DNA of 63,009 nucleotides, counting the filler, from Rhabdomonas costata (taxonomy: Eukaryota), in the NCBI GenBank assembly GCA_019059605.1. It is 49 parts of 49 records of this genome, joined end to end, with 100 filler letters (N's around TTAATTAATTAA, not from the genome) between each part and the next. Parts side by side here need not be neighbours in the genome. Positions count along the whole stretch, not along the records: positions 10,297 to 11,485 come from JAHMHO010024352.1; positions 11,586 to 12,774 come from JAHMHO010024353.1; positions 12,875 to 14,063 come from JAHMHO010024354.1; positions 14,164 to 15,352 come from JAHMHO010024355.1; positions 15,453 to 16,641 come from JAHMHO010024356.1; positions 16,742 to 17,934 come from JAHMHO010024357.1; positions 18,035 to 19,223 come from JAHMHO010024358.1; positions 19,324 to 20,512 come from JAHMHO010024359.1; 41 more parts are not named here. One strand, written 5' to 3'. Positions 10,860 to 22,633 of this stretch are shown here, piece after piece (position 1 is the stretch's first letter; every line of letters begins with the position of its first letter). Both the position numbers and the translations under genes were made by a program. The notes beneath the pieces are model-generated. The model had not been told where the DNA came from, ran no database searches, and saw only the letters and a list, made by a program, of their open reading frames with translations.

Positions 10860-13795
10860 GTTGGATGTGGCACCTCCACCCTGCCATGGATGCCCTTTAT
10901 TGAGGGGGGGGGGGCAGGCGCACATTTGGCAGTGGAAAAGAAAAGCCAAGCCGATGTGTCAAGAACCAACAGTGGAAGGGAAAGAGTAGATGTCCCCAGC
11001 ACGCGTAACATGATCAGTACAACGAGGACTGTCCTTCACTATTTCTGGGCAACAGGTGGCTTTCTTTTACCACTCACCCCACAACGCCGCACGTTGACCT
11101 GCTAAAATAGAAAGTTGAGCGGGCCCTAATTTTTGGTGCCTTTTTTACTTGATACGAAGGCACCGTTTAGTTCTGCACTGAGTCTTTTATGCCTTCCGGC
11201 ATACTTGGGTATGGGTGTAATTTCGATACATATGCTTACGGAAGACAGACCATAAAGATACGAAACAATAGGATGGAGCCGTGGATGCCCAAAGAAAGCA
11301 TAATAGTTTCAGCTCACGAGAATCGAAACGGAGTGCTGTTGCTCTGCTTGGGGCGGGGATTGCCAGGTGCTATAAGTACATCTTGAAGACCTTTGTCGAG
11401 GGCAACGCAGGTCTTTGCAGAACCTTTCCCCCTTCTCCCTTATCACTTTTTTTCCCAATTTTCTTTTGTGTTGTGATTCCTAGTGNNNNNNNNNNNNNNN
11501 NNNNNNNNNNNNNNNNNNNNNNNNNNNNNTTAATTAATTAANNNNNNNNNNNNNNNNNNNNNNNNNNNNNNNNNNNNNNNNNNNNCCGGCGGGCTTCTCA
11601 GCGACTCTTAGGCCGAATGGCTGCATGTATTACTTGCTGCGTTTTGCTGGAAAATGGGACAGGTTGCTATCAGACCATCCGTTGGCGCGGCTGAATGTGC
11701 TGGATCTGAGGTGATGTGTATTATAGTGTGACTCGCCTTGAAAACCGTTGTCGCGTCAACCCTCGAGCACCGATGAAGGCTTGTTCCGGCTTTTTGCATG
11801 TATATGGTTCTATATCTGCTTATGTCTGCTTGGGGATACTCATTAATGCAGATTTGGTTGTTTGCTTCATTTCGATTGAAGAAAGCGCTGGGAGAAAAAC
11901 TGCATCAAAAACTTTGCCAACGCTCGGTCGCTTACCTGTCGCTCACCTGAAGCCCCCACCCGATGTGATTGTTTGCGGCGCGACCATGGCGCTTCGGGTT
12001 TCCAAGAAAACTTCAAAAAAGAATTCGCGGCACTGCGGCAGCAGTGGTCGGGGGGGGGGGTTCCCGCTTCCGGATGGCGCTTCCGAGAAGGCGGATGAAT
12101 TTCCTGTGCGGTGGGGCTGCTGGTTTAGCAGCTGCAGGTGCGGAGCGGCAGAACGGCAGAGAAGAGAGTGACTAAAAGCAGAAAGGTGTAAGTGCAACCC
12201 GAACGCCGGCAGAGCCCGAAGAATAAGCCCACCTTCTTTTTAAGGGCAGAAGAACTCACGGAATGCGCACGGTGAAGCTACCGCCCAAAAAACCCACCAG
12301 CATAACTGTGAGAAAAAAGGCAAATACTGATTTAGAGGAATGTTCGAAGAAGTTCTTCCCGCTTTTCCCCCACCCCCACCCACAAAGGTCTCGTGCTGTG
12401 GCGCCTTCGGTATGCCACCCGAAGCTTGCGAAGCTTTTTAATCGATTCAAGCGGCTGTTCACGTGCCATCGGCTCAGTGCTCCCACGAAGGAATAATCGG
12501 GCGCAGTGCTGTTTAAGTGTGAAAGGAAGAACGAGTGTCAGTTGGTCAAAAGCAATCTGGAGCGGCAGTGGGGCTGAAAAGGCGATCCGCCTCTCCATGT
12601 GCACTTGGGACCTTTGCTCACTTTCACTGCACAATTTGTGCTTGCTCGATAAGTTCTCGTTTGTGTTTCTTTTACCCTTTTCTTGATCCGAGGATGCCTT
12701 GTATATTTGCGTCTTGCACATCCTCGGGCCTTTGTTCATCCTTTCTCTCAACTCACTCCTGTACCCACACCCCANNNNNNNNNNNNNNNNNNNNNNNNNN
12801 NNNNNNNNNNNNNNNNNNTTAATTAATTAANNNNNNNNNNNNNNNNNNNNNNNNNNNNNNNNNNNNNNNNNNNNGGGGGTTGGGGGCCTCTTTTCCCCTT
12901 TTGTGGACCAGTACGAGTACTGCATCCTAGCTCGCCATTTTGTGACGGGCTATTTCCCATTACCCTTTCGGAGAGCGCTGGACTCCCCCAGGTCAACGCC
13001 ACAGAGTCCAACAACACCGTCATCCGGACTCTCTCCCGGATGCTATGCCGGTGCACCTCCGGGGGCAATGTGGAGTGGGCCCCGCTGCTTTCCTACCGCC
13101 GGGCAACCTCCCTGGGCCTAGTGTCCGACTATCTCGTCACAGTGCAGGCAGTGAACCGTCTGGTGTGTTTGTCTGCATCGTACGATGCAAACTGATGGCG
13201 TGGTGGAGTGGGGTGGAAACCGATGGACCAGAGGTATGGCGGAGGTTACATAACTGGACACCTGGAATCAGAGGGAAGTGGATGAGGTGTCAGATCAGAT
13301 GAAGTCCATCCTAGCAGATGAAATCTAGCGGATCTGTTTGATGAGGGAAGTTGGGATGCCCCGCTTATTTGCGGTTGACCATGGAGGCAACCTTTTGCGG
13401 GGCCGAACGCAGCCGCGTTCCCAACTTCGACCGAAAGAGAGATACTTCTGAAGTGTTGGGGGACGCGCTTTCCGATGCAGCCCTTTTTCTTTCTTCCACG
13501 GCAGTGCTGCCCCGTGTGTCGTATATAGCTTTCGCTGCGCGAGTGTGTGACTTCTGAGTTGGACTTGCGTTCAAATATATACTCGGTCGTCGATCCCACT
13601 GGCCGTGCCCAGCGTATATTGTTACACGTTGATTACTGAACACTCGTTACCTCGGTGATCACCCATCGTCACCATGAAATGAACAACGACTTCGTTACAC
13701 GTACTGCTGGAGGACCCGCGGTTACCCCAAATACTACCTGCACTAGTCGCCATTCTTCCCCCACTCGCCTCATCTCTCGGTTTGCTTTTGCATAG

Positions 13796-13902
13796 GGCTT
13801 GAAGTGGGTTCTTGTGGTGGCCACGAAGACGGAATTGTGGACGCGGTGGACCGACTCAGGCGCCCGATTAAATCTCGCAATCACGATGGGAAGCCTTGCA
13901 AC
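13796..13902 (+). CDS. Internal exon, possible end of a Cache-like sensor domain before a TM helix
   Basis: catag acceptor and GTATGC donor. GLKWVLVVAT resembles the GLxWxxVV motif of Cache-domain receptors (inference). Confidence 0.35.
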
Positions 13903-14426
13903 GTATGCCCAGTGCTCCCTTATCTAATGTGTGCATGCAAATTTTCCTGGGTTCCCCTTCTTTTTTTCTCAGTAATAGCAGGTTTCAAACCACAATTTGA
14001 TATGCCACGTGCAGCTATTTCCCTCGGCAAATACATGCTCACCGAAACAATCTCACCACAACCNNNNNNNNNNNNNNNNNNNNNNNNNNNNNNNNNNNNN
14101 NNNNNNNTTAATTAATTAANNNNNNNNNNNNNNNNNNNNNNNNNNNNNNNNNNNNNNNNNNNNGGGGGGGGGGAAGGTGGAACGTGGAACGTTTGACTGT
14201 GTAAAATGCCAGACTTTATGTTTTTCCGAGAAGTTATATTTCGAACGCGGGGGTTAGGTGAAGTGTGTCTATACCCACTAGATGATGTTTTTTCGGAAGG
14301 GGGTTTGGTATACTGTTCCACTGCCCCTAAGATGCCGATTTAAAAAATTCTTCGACCGTTTTACGGTGTTAAACGTTTAACGAACCCCACCCACCCAGAC
14401 CACAGCCAGGTTTTACTTGTGTACAG

Positions 14427-14565
14427 GTGTGGCGCTGCCTTTCAAGATGTGGTGCGTGGGCTGGAGCAGCTTATGCTTGTGCCGGATACCAGCCGGTTCC
14501 CCATGGTGCTGGGTTGCTTCCGGCTGTTCCTGCCGTTCTACCGCGGCCTGCCCCAGCTCACCGAG
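14427..14565 (+). CDS. Internal exon of an unknown protein with a probable GC donor
   Basis: tacag acceptor; reads CGAAFQDVVRGLEQLMLVPDTSRFPMVLGCFRLFLPFYRGLPQLTE; GAG|GCACGT is followed by low-complexity intron sequence. Confidence 0.5.
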
Positions 14566-15698
14566 GCACGTGCTGTTCCCCGTCGTGCTTTTGTGTGTGT
14601 GACGGGGGGGGGGGGCTTGATAATCACTCCGCTAGAGATAGATCGCCGGCAACCGCGAGTTTGTGGATCCCACGGAACAAAGAGCATGTAAAGAGATTGA
14701 AAAAAGACTCGAGCACTCGCTGATTAAACAAAGGGACCAGGAAGCTGCTCCCCCCCCCCTCCCAGCTCCTCTGAGGACTGCAGTCCGTGCTGCTCAGTAC
14801 AGGCAGTATTTTTGAGCCGAAGAGGGGGGAGGGAAATCCTCACGTCCCCTTCAAGGCGATGCACCTAAACACCTCGTCGTTGTTCAATGACTTCTTACAC
14901 TTTAACAAAACTCAATCAACACCTTCAAACACAATCGCTGCCAGTTTCCTCACACAACATGTATTCCGTGTCACCTCAAAAGAATCGCCACCGAGAAACG
15001 TGCACTCTAAATCAGGCGATTTCCAAATCAGCCAAAATGGGGTGATTGAAAAAAGGTCTTTGACGGGAGGTGTTTTTTCTTCTTTTCCCTGGGCTTTGTG
15101 CATGTAACCCTCCCTTAGAGATGACGCAGGTCATGAAATCGAAAAAGACTCTGTGTTCCCATGAGCGAGGGAGAGAACGGATTAAACCTGAAAAGCAGAC
15201 GGCACGTTCCGGCGGCGGCGGCTCCCAGAAAGAGAAAGAGAAGGGCAGACATCATGGGAAGTCCCAACATTTTGTTTTTACCAGATGGAATGAGTCGGCC
15301 TGGGGCCGACCAAAACACGGGCAGACCTCTCTGTGGTGAGAAAGGCGGCGAGNNNNNNNNNNNNNNNNNNNNNNNNNNNNNNNNNNNNNNNNNNNNTTAA
15401 TTAATTAANNNNNNNNNNNNNNNNNNNNNNNNNNNNNNNNNNNNNNNNNNNNTCGAGTGGGTTTTGGTTGAGGCGCTGATTTTTTTTTCGCCTGCGTCTT
15501 CTTTGACCTTGAGCAGCCTGGCTGCAGATGCTTCGGTCTCTGCAGTATTCTGTCCTGCTGCTCCTGTGATGGCGGTGATCGGAGAAGCCCTTTTGCTCCG
15601 TTTTAACGTCTGCGTTGCAATCTTTATGCATGTGGGACAGGTCTTTTCGGTCCAAGGCCCGTTCTCATTCCTTGTCAGTGTGTCTTCTCGATCCACAG

Positions 15699-16232
15699 GG
15701 GACTGCGACGTGGAGTCCAAGGATGTCCAAGACTTGATCCAGTCCGAGGTGGACAGGATTGTGGCCTTCTGCGACATTAACAGGGACGGGCAGATCAGCA
15801 AAGAAGAGCTGTACGCCGCAGGTATGGGTTGCTGCTGCTCTGTTCCATGTAAGTCGATAGGAGGGTGTTCGTTTTCCCGCCAAACGGGTTAAGCCGGAGC
15901 GTCTGACAATGGCCACCATGAGGCTTTCACAAAGCTGGTGCTCGATTTGGTCTCACGGTTTGGCTTGCTCTGTGTGTGTGCGCGCGTTTTGGGACCAAGA
16001 TAATTGTTAACTCATCATTTTTAACAGGACGTCCCAGTTGTAGGTGGTAGTCATTTGGTTTTCTCCCTTTGACAGAGTGCCTCATGTGCGCCTCGCCTCG
16101 TGTGGCTGTTTGGTGTGCATGACGATGGATTGCCCTTGGCTTGGGTTGTGCGCGTGCTCCGTCATTGTCCATCTTTTACGTTCAGCGGAGAAGCACCCGG
16201 AGATCCTCGAGAAGCTGAAGAATCTTGCTTGA
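15699..16232 (+). CDS. EF-hand calcium sensor (NCS/calcineurin-B-like), last two exons
   Basis: Exons 15699-15821 and 16186-16232 (GT-AG, in frame) give VDRIVAFCDINRDGQISKEELYAAAEKHPEILEKLKNLA*, with a canonical DxNxDGxISxEE loop. Confidence 0.85.
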
Positions 16233-16741
16233 GCTGCCCTTGAAAAGCAAGGGTTTGCTTTTGCTGCTCCGTGCAGCTCTGCTCTGCCAAACTCAACTTG
16301 GTTTGGGTGAGGTTTTAAAAATCGGGCAGGCCGTCTCATGTCGGACCAGAAAAGGAGCCACTTGGTGTTGGAATTCCAGCAGCTCAATGTGCCCGCTAGG
16401 GCATCTATTCTTTGATATTGCGATTGGTGTGTTCAGGTCGAAGCACCCGAGCCAGTGAGTGGGGAACTGCACACCGCCATTTTGTTGCTCTTTTCCTCCT
16501 GTTTTTTCTTTTTATGAATTAGTCCTACACCATGGGATAAGCGACTTTCTTGTTCGCAGGTGAATCTCAAAGTAGAGAGCTGGCCGTGATCAACTGCTGC
16601 TCTTGTTGTCTCGCGCCCCCACCCCACTCCCAAACCCCACANNNNNNNNNNNNNNNNNNNNNNNNNNNNNNNNNNNNNNNNNNNNTTAATTAATTAANNN
16701 NNNNNNNNNNNNNNNNNNNNNNNNNNNNNNNNNNNNNNNNN

Positions 16742-17934
16742 CAAATAGTACGAATCAAGGCAAGTCTCGCCAAACACCGCACGACTTACGATACACAGCT
16801 CCACCGCCCAAACCTCCACAACCCCTCTTGTGCGGCACCCCACGAACTCAACCTATACAACCAAAACCCCAAACAAATGCAAGAAAGAGGATTTTAAACA
16901 CACCACACTTCAACCCATTGCGGTACGCAACCATCAAACTCCTACTCCACCACGTCAGGTCAAAAAGCCACAAAACGCATCCAAAGTCCCTTTTGAACTC
17001 GATGTAGAAAGTCTTGGATTCCACTCAACGTAATCTTCTTCAAAATCCGCGGCATTCTCGACCATCATCACATCGTCCTCGGAATCCTTCGAAATTCTTG
17101 TAAATTATTTGCTCCAACGTGTTCTCCTCGGCGTTGTGCCCTGTGGAGGCCTAAGGCTAACCACAAGGAAACCGTGAACGTGCGGTAGTCTAAACACCAT
17201 CTGTGACGGCCCAGCCTTCTGCGTGGCCACTTGCCTGTCCCGGTGGGTTCACAGGACTGCGGACACGGCTTGGGGCTCACCGCTTCCAGAACGCCTGTTA
17301 CGCGCGTTGGGCGCTGCCGGGGCTTACCTTGGTATACACCAAGTACCTGGATTTGATTACACTCATCCGCCTTTCGCAGCGCGGGGCGGGGTCATTCCCG
17401 CTTTTCCTCGGTGACCTGGCGGTTGTGGTGCTTTCTCCTCCTTCTGGGGTGGCGTGGCTACGAGGGTGCGAGAGCGCGCAAGCTTTGACTCCAAAACCCA
17501 ACCCTCTTGGCAAATTGCCTGCGTGTGGGCTGCCCTTCCGCGTGGAGGGTGTGCTTTCGACTACCTGTGGCCTGTGGTGTGCTTTGGCTTCGCCCCTTCT
17601 AACAAACACGCGCGCTTCAGGTGGTGTACGTTTTCCCTTTGGCCTTTCAAAGCTTTCCCCTATTCCCGGCTTGTGCGTCGAAGGAATGTGAGCACAGCAA
17701 CAGCCAAATAGTACGAATCAAGGCAAGTCTCGCCAAACACCGCACGACTTACGATACACAGCTCCACCGCCCAAACCTCCACAACCCCTCTTGTGCGGCA
17801 CCCCACGAACTCAACCTATACAACCAAAACCCCAAACAAATGCAAGAAAGAGGATTTTAAACACACCACACTTCAACCCATTGCGGTACGCAACCATCAA
17901 ACTCCTACTCCACCACGTCAGGTCAAAAAGCCAC
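16742..17934. repeat. 963-bp circular molecule or tandem unit (230-bp terminal direct repeat) with an A/C-skewed region
   Basis: 16742-16971 is identical to 17705-17934, giving a period of 963 bp. Confidence 0.85.
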
Positions 17935-20646
17935 NNNNNNNNNNNNNNNNNNNNNNNNNNNNNNNNNNNNNNNNNNNNTTAATTAATTAANNNNNNNNNN
18001 NNNNNNNNNNNNNNNNNNNNNNNNNNNNNNNNNNGGGGTTTTGGGATCGATATAGACATTGGGGTTAATTCCCACATTTTCAGCCGTTCACTGGAGTTAC
18101 ACGGATGGGAGACGTATGGATAGGTAAGTGTATTGTTTTTGCCATGTACGTCTTTGTTCTTTTTTGTTAGTCTTCAGTATTTTGGGGGGTATAGAAATGG
18201 CCAGAGCTGTGTCCACGAGAAACCCCTTGAGGTCGCGCAAGAAGAGCAGCGGGTCCGAGAGGCCTTGCAAGAGGTGTAGGGAGCTGTTTCTGAGTACAAA
18301 TCCGCGGTTAGAATGCCACTGCTTGAATTGCCTACGCGTTGGGGCCATGAGAGGAGCGGATGATGCGCTTCATTGATCTCGTTGTGTGGCCAGGCGAAAA
18401 ACGTTACAGCCGCATGCAACAAAAAAACGCAAAATATGCCTGGTCTTGCAGAAAGGAACGTTCTCTTAAAAGCTTCTTCTGAATCTCGCGCACCGCTACT
18501 TTCCTGTAGAGGGAAAGTGTATATGCTTGCTTTGTACTTTGCTTCTTAGAACTGTGTCAACCAACAGCATTGATACCACGCCTGTGATCTTTTTCCCAAG
18601 AGCGGCGTGGTCTAGATCGTGTTTGCCTATGAAACTGAGAAGGAAACATTTGAAGCACGCAACGTCATTAAAGACCCCATCGCGCATCTCCGCTCTGCAT
18701 TCAGCCCCCGACCTTCACGTTCTCCTTTGACATGGCGGAGCTGCTTCAGGCCTGGCGGGGGAACCTCGGCTCCCCTGCAGTGAAGTCCAGGGTGCGCAGG
18801 CCCGTGGCTGCCTCGGAAATAAAAAACCTGCCTTACATACAGGGAGAGGATTCCACACTCCCTCGCGCACTTGCAGCCCCCACCGAACATCCAGATTCCT
18901 CCTTCGTTGCCCGGCCACCTTTGGAAGCCTTGGAGCTGCTTCCTTGCCAGGGCGCTGAGCACCCCGTCCTGACCTGCCTGGACGTGCTTTCTGGTGAGCC
19001 TTCGGACGGAGACGCCGATCCCTCCAGCAAGGAGCTGAGAGACGAGCTTGGCAGCAACCGCCGCCTTCAGCCCCGGCTGGGTGGGTTTGCACCCAACCCC
19101 TCGACGCATCGCCCGATCAATCTCCCCGTGAAGCCAGGTCACTCTTGCGGGCCAGCCTGTGGCAATGGAATGTCCTCGCCGCAGACCCGCGAGGCTCCCG
19201 GCCAGGGGACTGACCACAACACCNNNNNNNNNNNNNNNNNNNNNNNNNNNNNNNNNNNNNNNNNNNNTTAATTAATTAANNNNNNNNNNNNNNNNNNNNN
19301 NNNNNNNNNNNNNNNNNNNNNNNGGGGTGTGGGGCCTGCAGCCCGGGGACAAGGTGGACTGGCCCTGCGGCCCCCCTGCGGATGTTGGTGGGGGCCCCCC
19401 ACGGCTGGCAAGGCCGGCGCGGCTAGGGCCCCCTCCGCGGCTCTCCAGCTGAGGCCGTGCGGCGGGGGATAGTTGGGGCCCCAGCTGACCACTCGACCGC
19501 GGGGAGGGGGCCACCTCCGAGCCGTCCAGCCTCCTGGTCCGGGAAAAAAAAGGTCAAGGGAAGGGACCGTTGCCAATTCCTTGCTAGTAAAACTGCAGGT
19601 CAACGCCTTCTACAAAAGTTGTTGGCTTCTAATTTTGTGAATATACGTTGAAGGTTCTCACGCGTCCCAGACGTTTCCTTACACCGCTTCCTGCTGCAGA
19701 GCTAACCACACCAGACTGTCCCTCGTGAACGGAAACGAAGATCAGCGGACTATTAACCGGGGCACGGCAGGTACCTGGTCTTGATGAACCAGCAACACAC
19801 CACATTATTACCTCATGGGTACCAATGGCTGCTACTGAGGAGTGTGTGTGTGTGTGGGGGGGCGTGCAACAAACAAGGAAAGAAGCCCTCTGCAACACAG
19901 GAGGCTGCTTGTAGAATGTAATTGAATGGGATTTAGTCATTCGGTCGGCGCTTGGGAGGGAGGGTGCAGTTTTACAGTTGTCCACGAGAGCCATTAAAAC
20001 TCGACACGAACCCCACCACACGTTCTCCCACCACTCGCATCCTCAGCAGCTCCCTCCGACCACGGACTGCCTTTCACCTACTCCACTCGTCCAGTTACAA
20101 CGGTTACTTTCTTGATCTCCTCCGGACCCAGGCTCTCACTCTCCTCCTGGGCCTTCTATTCTACTTGCCATCGGAATTTTCACTTAAAACAGACACAACT
20201 GTCCCTAAGTCAAAGAAGAAAATTTATCCCAGGCTCAAAGCCTCGCTTTGTTCTTTTTCTGACATGAACGACAAAACTTCTACTTCCGGCCCACATCCCC
20301 GCGACCCAACATGCCACATAAGGTAAGTTACATCCCGAAACTCAGAATTTAGTGTTTTACGAGTTTCCAATTGAAGTCCTGGGAACGCTATAAAGTGCCG
20401 CTAAGCCGGTGTGTATGCACACGATATGTTTTAAACGTCTTCACGATAGTGAGGCTAAAAAGCACGTGTTCTGAGTTTACGGTGTAACGTGCTATACATG
20501 TATGTCCACCCCNNNNNNNNNNNNNNNNNNNNNNNNNNNNNNNNNNNNNNNNNNNNTTAATTAATTAANNNNNNNNNNNNNNNNNNNNNNNNNNNNNNNN
20601 NNNNNNNNNNNNGTGTGGGTGTGGGGAGGGATCAGATATCAGATAC

Positions 20647-21517
20647 CGAAGCTCAAGGTGTCAATTGGGATGGCCTTCTGGCGGGCGTAGTTCTGCAGGG
20701 TGCCAGTCAGGAAGGCCTGGGGGAAGAAGAACCCTGGAAGCCAGAACACCCCGGGGGGGCCGTCGGCGTACCACCGAGAGATCATCTCGCACCTCCGGCC
20801 CAGGTCCTCAACCCAGCTCGACAGCGGCCGCAACGAGGGGTAGCCCACCTCAGCCCACGACGCAGGAACCTGTGGGAGAGCGGGCGCATTTTTTGTACTC
20901 GAAAAAGAGAAGAAGACACTAAATTACAACAGAAGCCTGGCCAAATAGGGCCACTTTAGGAACCCGCTCGAAATAGGGGCTACGGACGACAGTGGAAGAG
21001 CAGTACTTATGGCCATACTAGGGCGGAGGTGTGACGGAAGGGAGCATCTGCGGGATCGGGGTTCCCTTCGGGCTTGATTCCCATTGGAGCCCGGAACGGA
21101 AGGTCTAGCCTCGACACGGGAAAGGTTGTCAAGATAGCTGGAAGGGACGGCAACGGCATTCTAATATATACTCCAATCCGCAAAAAAAAAAAAAAACAGA
21201 ACAAGTCATCCCACTGCTAAATGGACAGCCCAGATCGGCCCCGAAAGTGTCGGGCAACAGCCAAATAGAGGACAAGAGGACAGCAAGCGGAAAGAGAAAG
21301 AGAGAAAGCCTCGGAAGAAGCAACAGCCTTCAGGCCCAGTCCAACACGGGGGTGACCAAGGGATGGGACAATGAGTGGGGCGGGATGAAGAGGTTCCTGG
21401 TTGATGTACACGCTGCTGCCCACCAGCTCCAGCTCTGATGAGAGCACGACTTCTCCGGCCAAGGCCCGGGTGAGCTCACGCAGGCTGGTGTGCACCACGG
21501 AGAGCAGGCGGTTGAAG
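20647..21517 (-). CDS. Axonemal dynein heavy chain, C-terminal region (two exons)
   Basis: Exons 21517-21397 and 20869-20647 give [90 protein letters not shown], hallmark DHC C-terminal motifs. Confidence 0.95.
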
Positions 21518-22092
21518 CTGAATAATAAAGCACAAATGACCATGGGCAAAAGGAACCTCAGCTAGAGGCAATCGGAAGAGGGGGAGCATGTGACATCACG
21601 TTGGCATCACCCAACTCACAAAAATTTGGCTGAAGTGTCGGCTATATGTCACTTTCACCGTGCATCGCTTCTTCAACTGCTGCAAAACCAGTGCCCGCTC
21701 TGGAATACCAATGTTTGCATACGCCTGGCTCAGACGGCAGTCGTGGGCAGGATTGCGTGTCAACTCAGCTTATGACCCAACCCGCTGTAACAAAAAACAA
21801 CNNNNNNNNNNNNNNNNNNNNNNNNNNNNNNNNNNNNNNNNNNNNTTAATTAATTAANNNNNNNNNNNNNNNNNNNNNNNNNNNNNNNNNNNNNNNNNNN
21901 NTTGGTGGGTGGGGTGCCGGGGTGGAGAAGTGATTTAGAATTCGAAGGCCGCTAGTGGACTTTCATTGCGCGTATAAAAAGGAGGACCAAATAGGATGTG
22001 GAGGTGGAGGCCGTTTTGAATTGTCCGTCTGTGTGTGAGCAAGGTCACTGTCTGTTTTTTTGGCATGCTTAGCACTTCCTGCTTGTCTGTAG

Positions 22093-22633
22093 GATGGCTT
22101 TCTGGCGGCTGCGATGAATGAGGTGGACTACGTCGAGCAATGCCTCGGCCTAACACTGCACATTCTTGACAACCTCATGGTGTGTATTTTGTCACTTATG
22201 GAAACTTGGTATCCTGCCATTTTCCTTGAAGCGGTTCCACAGTATTTTTGGTTTGCCGCCAATGGCCTAATTCCAAGCATCTTCGGGTTTTTTATTGGCA
22301 TCTTTTTTTTTTCGAAATTCAGAAATTTTTCCCGAAGACAAAGGACCAATGTCATGAATCCCTACACGAATTTGTAGCCCCCCCCCCTCTAATGCCTTTG
22401 GGGTTGGGTCGGTAAAACTTGCTGGAATTCTGGCTGCCTTCTCTGCTTCTCAGGAGGTGTACAACCTGCAATCGGGGCGGGAGTTCCTCGGGGTACGGCC
22501 TCTGTCGCTGGCGGATCAGCTGGCGCACACTGCAAAGTGCATTCGGCAGGCACTTCGGCCCGGGGTCTCTTTCGCCTCGTCATTGGACCTGGAGGACATC
22601 CCTGTGCTGGGCTCCCCGTTCCACCTGCAGCAG
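22093..22633 (+). CDS. Sensor histidine kinase (HisKA end to HATPase start), two exons
   Basis: Exons 22093-22179 and 22454-22633 give LHILDNLMEVYNLQSG...IPVLGSPFHLQQ, matching the HK pattern IIDNILDLSKIESG...V.GDP.RLRQ. Confidence 0.65.

Noticed and set aside
16742-17934. 5S rRNA / spliced-leader RNA tandem repeat
   Set aside because: I could not find a 5S sequence or a euglenid, diplonemid or kinetoplastid SL exon by eye. An Rfam search would be needed to exclude a divergent one.
18627-19223. Overlapping long ORFs on both strands as a gene call
   Set aside because: The region is GC-rich and probably partly exonic, but I could not decide strand or frame and saw no motif.
20860-21403. Classical euglenid non-conventional intron boundaries for the dynein intron
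   Set aside because: Placing CAG/CTG at the usual internal positions would delete the conserved NQVPAS residues, so GA-AG fits better.
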